64,000 bases of DNA from Spirochaetia bacterium (GTDB taxonomy: Bacteria; Spirochaetota; Spirochaetia; SZUA-6; Bin103). The DNA lies in the NCBI GenBank assembly GCA_965199955.1, contig CBDATQ010000002.1, positions 1,312,001 through 1,376,000 of the forward strand, read 5' to 3'. The notes beneath the pieces were generated by a model. It was not told the DNA's origin. It was given only the letters and a program-made list of their open reading frames with translations, and did not search any database. A program made the position numbers and the translations under genes. This document shows, one piece after another, positions 59,986 through 64,000 of the stretch (its first letter is position 1; each line of letters starts with the position of its first letter).

Positions 59986-60839
59986 CTAGGTGCATGGTGC
60001 CGGCCGCCGGCTGAAAACCATGCTCGCCAGCGTCTTGCCGGGCGCTTCGGCATCCGGCTCGGGGTGTTGGCAGATCGGGTGGCGGCTGCGGGGAAACACC
60101 TCCACGGTGCGCAGTCCCTCCGGGTGGGCGAGCAGGAAGGCGTTGGGGACCGCGTGCGGGGTTCTCTCCAGGTAATCGACGGCTTCCGCCAGGCGGCCCA
60201 TGGTCAACAGCTCCCGTATCAGATCAGCACGCAGGTGGGCAGGCCGGCGCCCCACTCGCCGTTGTCGATGTACATCCAGGTGACACACATCCCCGCCGAG
60301 TTCATCCCCATTAGGCGGGGACGCCGGCATGGGTGTAGATCAGGGTCTGCAGTCCGTCGTCGGTGTGGTGGACGACGACGTCGGCCGAGCCAGTCGGCCA
60401 TGAGCTCGTCGTTGTTCTGGCCGCAGATGACGTCTCCGGCGACCGTCGCATCGCCCGCCGCGCCGAGCGCCGTGCAGTGAGCGCAGCGAACCTCACTCGA
60501 AGAGTGGCCGTCCGCCGCCGGCGCCGGAGCGCGCTCGGTCCCCATGTACTTCTCGTAGGCGCAGGCCAGGAGCAGCAGCTTTTCCTCAGGTAGTCCGGCC
60601 CCGGCGGCCATGCCGGCCATCTCTGCCGCGGTTACCGGCGCGTGCTCGCGAATCAGCGGCTCGAAGCGGCGCGCGGCCGGCAGCCAGCCGTGCGGGGTGA
60701 GCCCGTCGCGGTCCCGGTGTTCCCGATCCTGCGCCGCCAGCAGCGCGCGAATGCGCTCGCTGGCGGCAGCGCCGATCGACTCGCCGCGTTCCCTGGCAGT
60801 GCCGGCGGCCGGGACCAGGCGATCGTCGATCACGGGCAA
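59986..60839 (-). pseudogene. Peptidase C45 (Ntn acyltransferase-like), frameshifted
   Basis: GTARERGESIG, EMAGMA.GAG, HCTALG, GQNND, GMNSAG; broken frames. Confidence 0.8.
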
Positions 60840-60843
60840 CTCC

Positions 60844-61653
60844 TCACTGACGTGCGCGCTGCACGTCAGGCGGGACCTTGGGCGGCAGGGGCTGAACGAT
60901 CCTGCGTCGCTCGGGGGTCAGCCGGGCGAGCAGCTCGGGCGAGGGTTGGTAGCCGTAGCGGTCACTGCCCCACTTCGGACCATAGCGGATGATGGCGATG
61001 CGACGCTCCCCGGGACGCGTGCGTTCGGCGGAACCGTGCGCCATGCAGTCCACGAAGAAGATGGCGTCGCCTGCGTCGAGCCGGATCTGAACCGCCGCCT
61101 CGACGCGGTCGAGCGAGTGGTCGCTGCCGGTGCCCGCGGGATCGGCGAACGCGGGATGAAGCAGATTGGACTTGTGCGAACCGGGGATCGCCATTGTCGC
61201 GCCATCGCCCTCCCCGATGTCCCTGAGCGCCAACAGGAGGTTGATCTGCCCGCAGCGGAACTCGTTGTTGTGAAAGCGGAACTGCGTGCGGATGCGCCTC
61301 TTGTGCGCGCCGGAGTGCATGCGCGTGGCGCCGCCCCGAGTCCGGATGTCGATGAACGACTCATCGATGTACAGGCCGTCGTCCCCGCCCACGAAGCGCC
61401 GCAGGTGATCGATCCAGGACGGATGGTCGATCAGCCGTTCGAGCGGCTCGCCCATCTCGAAGATATTGTGCAGGTGTCGCAAGCCATCGATGTCGGCGCG
61501 GTGAACCCATCCCCGCCACCCGTCGGGCTCGATGTCGCGATAGGTGTCCACGATCGCGTTGATCTCGGCGAGATGATCGGCATCGACGGCGTGCTCGAGC
61601 ACGATGTAGCCGCGCAGATCGAAGAGATACTCTTCCAATTCGGTCGGTTGCAT
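60844..61653 (-). CDS. PhyH-family Fe(II)/2OG enzyme with HxG motif
   Basis: YLFDLRGY, MHSG, L.DIG.GDGAT..IPGSHKSN, AGDA.FF...AHG, RYGP. Confidence 0.88.
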   Translation of the reverse strand: MQPTELEEYLFDLRGYIVLEHAVDADHLAEINAIVDTYRDIEPDGWRGWVHRADIDGLRHLHNIFEMGEPLERLIDHPSWIDHLRRFVGGDDGLYIDESFIDIRTRGGATRMHSGAHKRRIRTQFRFHNNEFRCGQINLLLALRDIGEGDGATMAIPGSHKSNLLHPAFADPAGTGSDHSLDRVEAAVQIRLDAGDAIFFVDCMAHGSAERTRPGERRIAIIRYGPKWGSDRYGYQPSPELLARLTPERRRIVQPLPPKVPPDVQRARQ

Positions 61654-61671
61654 CGTCTCTCTCCGGGAACG

Positions 61672-64000
61672 CTACGCGGCCGGATGGGGCTCCGCGCTCA
61701 ACACACCCCGGCTCACCGGCACGGCGCGGTCCGGGCGCTCGGTCTCCGGCCGGTCGGGCATCGCCTTCCGCTTCGCCACCCAGGCGGCAAGGCCCGCTTC
61801 GAACCCGTCGGGGTCGCGGTCCATCTCGCGGGCGACGATGCGCATGAGGCGCGGGATGAAACCCGACAGCCGCATGAGCGAGAAGTCGAAGTCCCGCTCT
61901 TCACGGATGTCGTCGGCCGCCGTCCGCAGGTGCGTGCGCAGCAGATGAGCGGCGTAGTAGGCGTACTCGGGCCGGTGTGTCAGGTCGTAGCCGAAGCAGA
62001 CGGTGCTGCAGGCGTAGTTGAACAGCGACTTCGGGCTCCGCCACACCCAGTAGTCGGACTCGGCGACCAGGAACTCCTTGAGCGCCCTGGACGGGAAGCA
62101 GCGCAGCGCCGGGGCGTACAGGTGGTACTTGTTGCCCCAGGCCACCTCCGGGAAGTGATCGGGGCTGACCATCGCCTCGTCGCCGCGCTCTCCGCCGGTG
62201 CCGATGCCGTTGGGCAGCATTCCGGGTTCGCGCACCACGCGCAGCAGCCAGTTGAGCGAGCGCTCCGCGAGCACGCCGTACTTCTCGTCCCACGTCGCCT
62301 GGTAGACGTCGAGCAGCACGGACAGCGGGCCGGTGAACTCCCGGTGCAGGCCCACGTGCCGGCACGACAGGATGCCGGCCGGCTCCTGCAGCCGGACGAT
62401 GCGGTCGCCGGCCTCGCGAGCCACCTCCAGCAGGCGGCGGTTCCCGGTCAGGTAGTAGTCGGTGAGGATGCCGGAGAGAATGGAGTGCGAGGGGCTGTAC
62501 CCGCCGCTCCACAGATGCGCGTTGTGGTAGTGCATGACCCCGACGCGTTCCGGGTGCCCCGGGAACGCGTGCACGAAGGCGGTGTCGGCCACCGCGCGCG
62601 AGTAGCGCTCGGCGACCCTCAGGTAGCGCGGGCTGCCAGTCCGGAGGTACTGGCCCCACACGCCCATGATCTGGTCGTTGGCCTCGTTGTTGTAGGGGCC
62701 GACGTAGCGGAGCGCCTTCGCCGGATTCGAGTCCTTGTAGAGCAGGTACACCCAGCCCACCGCCGAGGAGTGGACGCAGACCATGTTGCCGAAGCGCATC
62801 ATGCCGTACAGGCGGCAGCGCTCGACCGGATCGACCACGATGGGATCGAAGTAGTCGTCCAGGTCGGCGTCAGCGCCGGCCATCCGCGGATCGCCGGCGT
62901 GGTGGAAGTGGTCCACCGCCCCGGTGGCGCACATGTATGCCGGGTCGACCACGGCGCGGAGCGGTTCCTGGACGGCGTCGCAGAACGCCTGCGCATCCTC
63001 GTCGCCGACTGGCTCGGCGGAGAAGCGGATGACGATCTCCGTGGTCTTCGCGGCGCCCATGCCGTTCTGGGTGTTGGTGTCGTTGTAGCTGATGGTCCGC
63101 CCGGCCGCGTGCTTCTCGACCATCTCTTCGACCCAGCGCGCCTCCTCCAGGCTGCGGATGTTGAAGCTCTTGAGGTTGAGCGGCGCCGTCGGATTCCGTT
63201 CCAGGATCTCGATGACCTCGGCCTCACTGCGGGTGGCGCTGGACTTCTCCTGCCCGGCGAAGCGGACGGCGGTCTCCTCGTACGGCGTGGAGAACTGAAG
63301 CGTCCGGCCGCATGTCTCCGGCCAGATGCCGACGTCGATGCCGCGCTCGCTCAGCGTGAATCCCTTCGGGAACTCCTGCCAGCCGTCGCGGACTGCCACC
63401 GCCGCGCTCGCCCGCGAGCCTGACAGCGACACCCAGCCGGGCATGCGCGTGCCGGCGCCGAACGGCCGGCCGTCGCGCAACACGGTGTAGTGCCGGTCAT
63501 CGGCCTGCAGCACGGCTAGGGTCTCCCAGTGCTGGCACCAATGGGCGGCGGCGCCGTCGCCGCCGGCCGCCGCGCGCAGCGGCTCGCCGAGGGCCAGCGG
63601 CAGATCGATGCCGACCGCGGACAACTCCACCCGCCTGGGATCCTGGTCGAAGACGAACGTGTGGAAGAGCCGCACGTCGGCCATGCCAGCGTACAGGTGC
63701 ACGCGAAGCTGGTAGGGGCAGAAGCGTATGCCGGCCGCGGAGGCAACGAACCCCTTGATGAGCACGCAGGCGCGCAACGGACCGGCCTCCTCCAGCACGA
63801 CTTCGGGGGCGAAGCCGGAGGACTCGGAGTCGTAGCGAGCGCCGTGCGCATCGTGCATGTAGACCACGGGTCCGTCTCCGCGCAGCACGTCGTGCCAGCC
63901 GTCCCCGGCCTTGACCCGGCAGCGGGTGATGACCGCCGGGGTTGCGCGCGACCGCGGCGCGTCGAAGGAACGCCGGAAGTCGACACGCAGGGCGCCGGTG
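61672..64000 (-). CDS. Large uncharacterised carbohydrate-active-like protein (exo-rhamnogalacturonan-lyase-like), 5' end outside window
   Basis: Long ORF; VLEEAGPLRA, WQEFPK, GAAKTTE, YG..FG, YYLTG..R motifs. Confidence 0.6.
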   Translation of the reverse strand, partial: TGALRVDFRRSFDAPRSRATPAVITRCRVKAGDGWHDVLRGDGPVVYMHDAHGARYDSESSGFAPEVVLEEAGPLRACVLIKGFVASAAGIRFCPYQLRVHLYAGMADVRLFHTFVFDQDPRRVELSAVGIDLPLALGEPLRAAAGGDGAAAHWCQHWETLAVLQADDRHYTVLRDGRPFGAGTRMPGWVSLSGSRASAAVAVRDGWQEFPKGFTLSERGIDVGIWPETCGRTLQFSTPYEETAVRFAGQEKSSATRSEAEVIEILERNPTAPLNLKSFNIRSLEEARWVEEMVEKHAAGRTISYNDTNTQNGMGAAKTTEIVIRFSAEPVGDEDAQAFCDAVQEPLRAVVDPAYMCATGAVDHFHHAGDPRMAGADADLDDYFDPIVVDPVERCRLYGMMRFGNMVCVHSSAVGWVYLLYKDSNPAKALRYVGPYNNEANDQIMGVWGQYLRTGSPRYLRVAERYSRAVADTAFVHAFPGHPERVGVMHYHNAHLWSGGYSPSHSILSGILTDYYLTGNRRLLEVAREAGDRIVRLQEPAGILSCRHVGLHREFTGPLSVLLDVYQATWDEKYGVLAERSLNWLLRVVREPGMLPNGIGTGGERGDEAMVSPDHFPEVAWGNKYHLYAPALRCFPSRALKEFLVAESDYWVWRSPKSLFNYACSTVCFGYDLTHRPEYAYYAAHLLRTHLRTAADDIREERDFDFSLMRLSGFIPRLMRIVAREMDRDPDGFEAGLAAWVAKRKAMPDRPETERPDRAVPVSRGVLSAEPHPAA

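Noticed and set aside
1..64000. tRNA, rRNA, integron attC array, DGR or retron
   Set aside because: No cloverleaf, rRNA-like segment, integron integrase or reverse transcriptase recognised

Overview
High-GC bacterial window, mostly accessory or catabolic DNA. Intact genes include a dpp/opp-type ABC importer, two sulfatases, BNR/sialidase-like proteins, GH4 alpha-galactosidase, sugar-acid dehydratases, SDRs, six PhyH-family Fe(II)/2OG dioxygenase loci (some broken), a TolC-PrtD-HlyD type I secretion operon followed by an RsbW-like gene, and several toxin-antitoxin modules. Between them lie many internally deleted gene and IS remnants. The gene content resembles marine-invertebrate (e.g. sponge) symbiont genomes; that is inference only. 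Four features stand out. (1) An 18-repeat type I-E CRISPR array whose trailer end runs directly into the middle of cas5e, followed by an intact cas6e, with an rve-type IS at the leader end and no other cas genes in the window. (2) A dispersed family of structured repeats (GGCCCATCCCCACC-like box plus a long hairpin), mostly just after stop codons; one copy is translated as the N-terminus of DppD. (3) A PhyH paralog with an HxG instead of HxD iron motif, a halogenase-like signature. (4) An AT-richer islet with a split HicB-like gene. All calls come from motif recognition by eye; no searches were run. Several frameshifts sit in short homopolymers and could be assembly errors.
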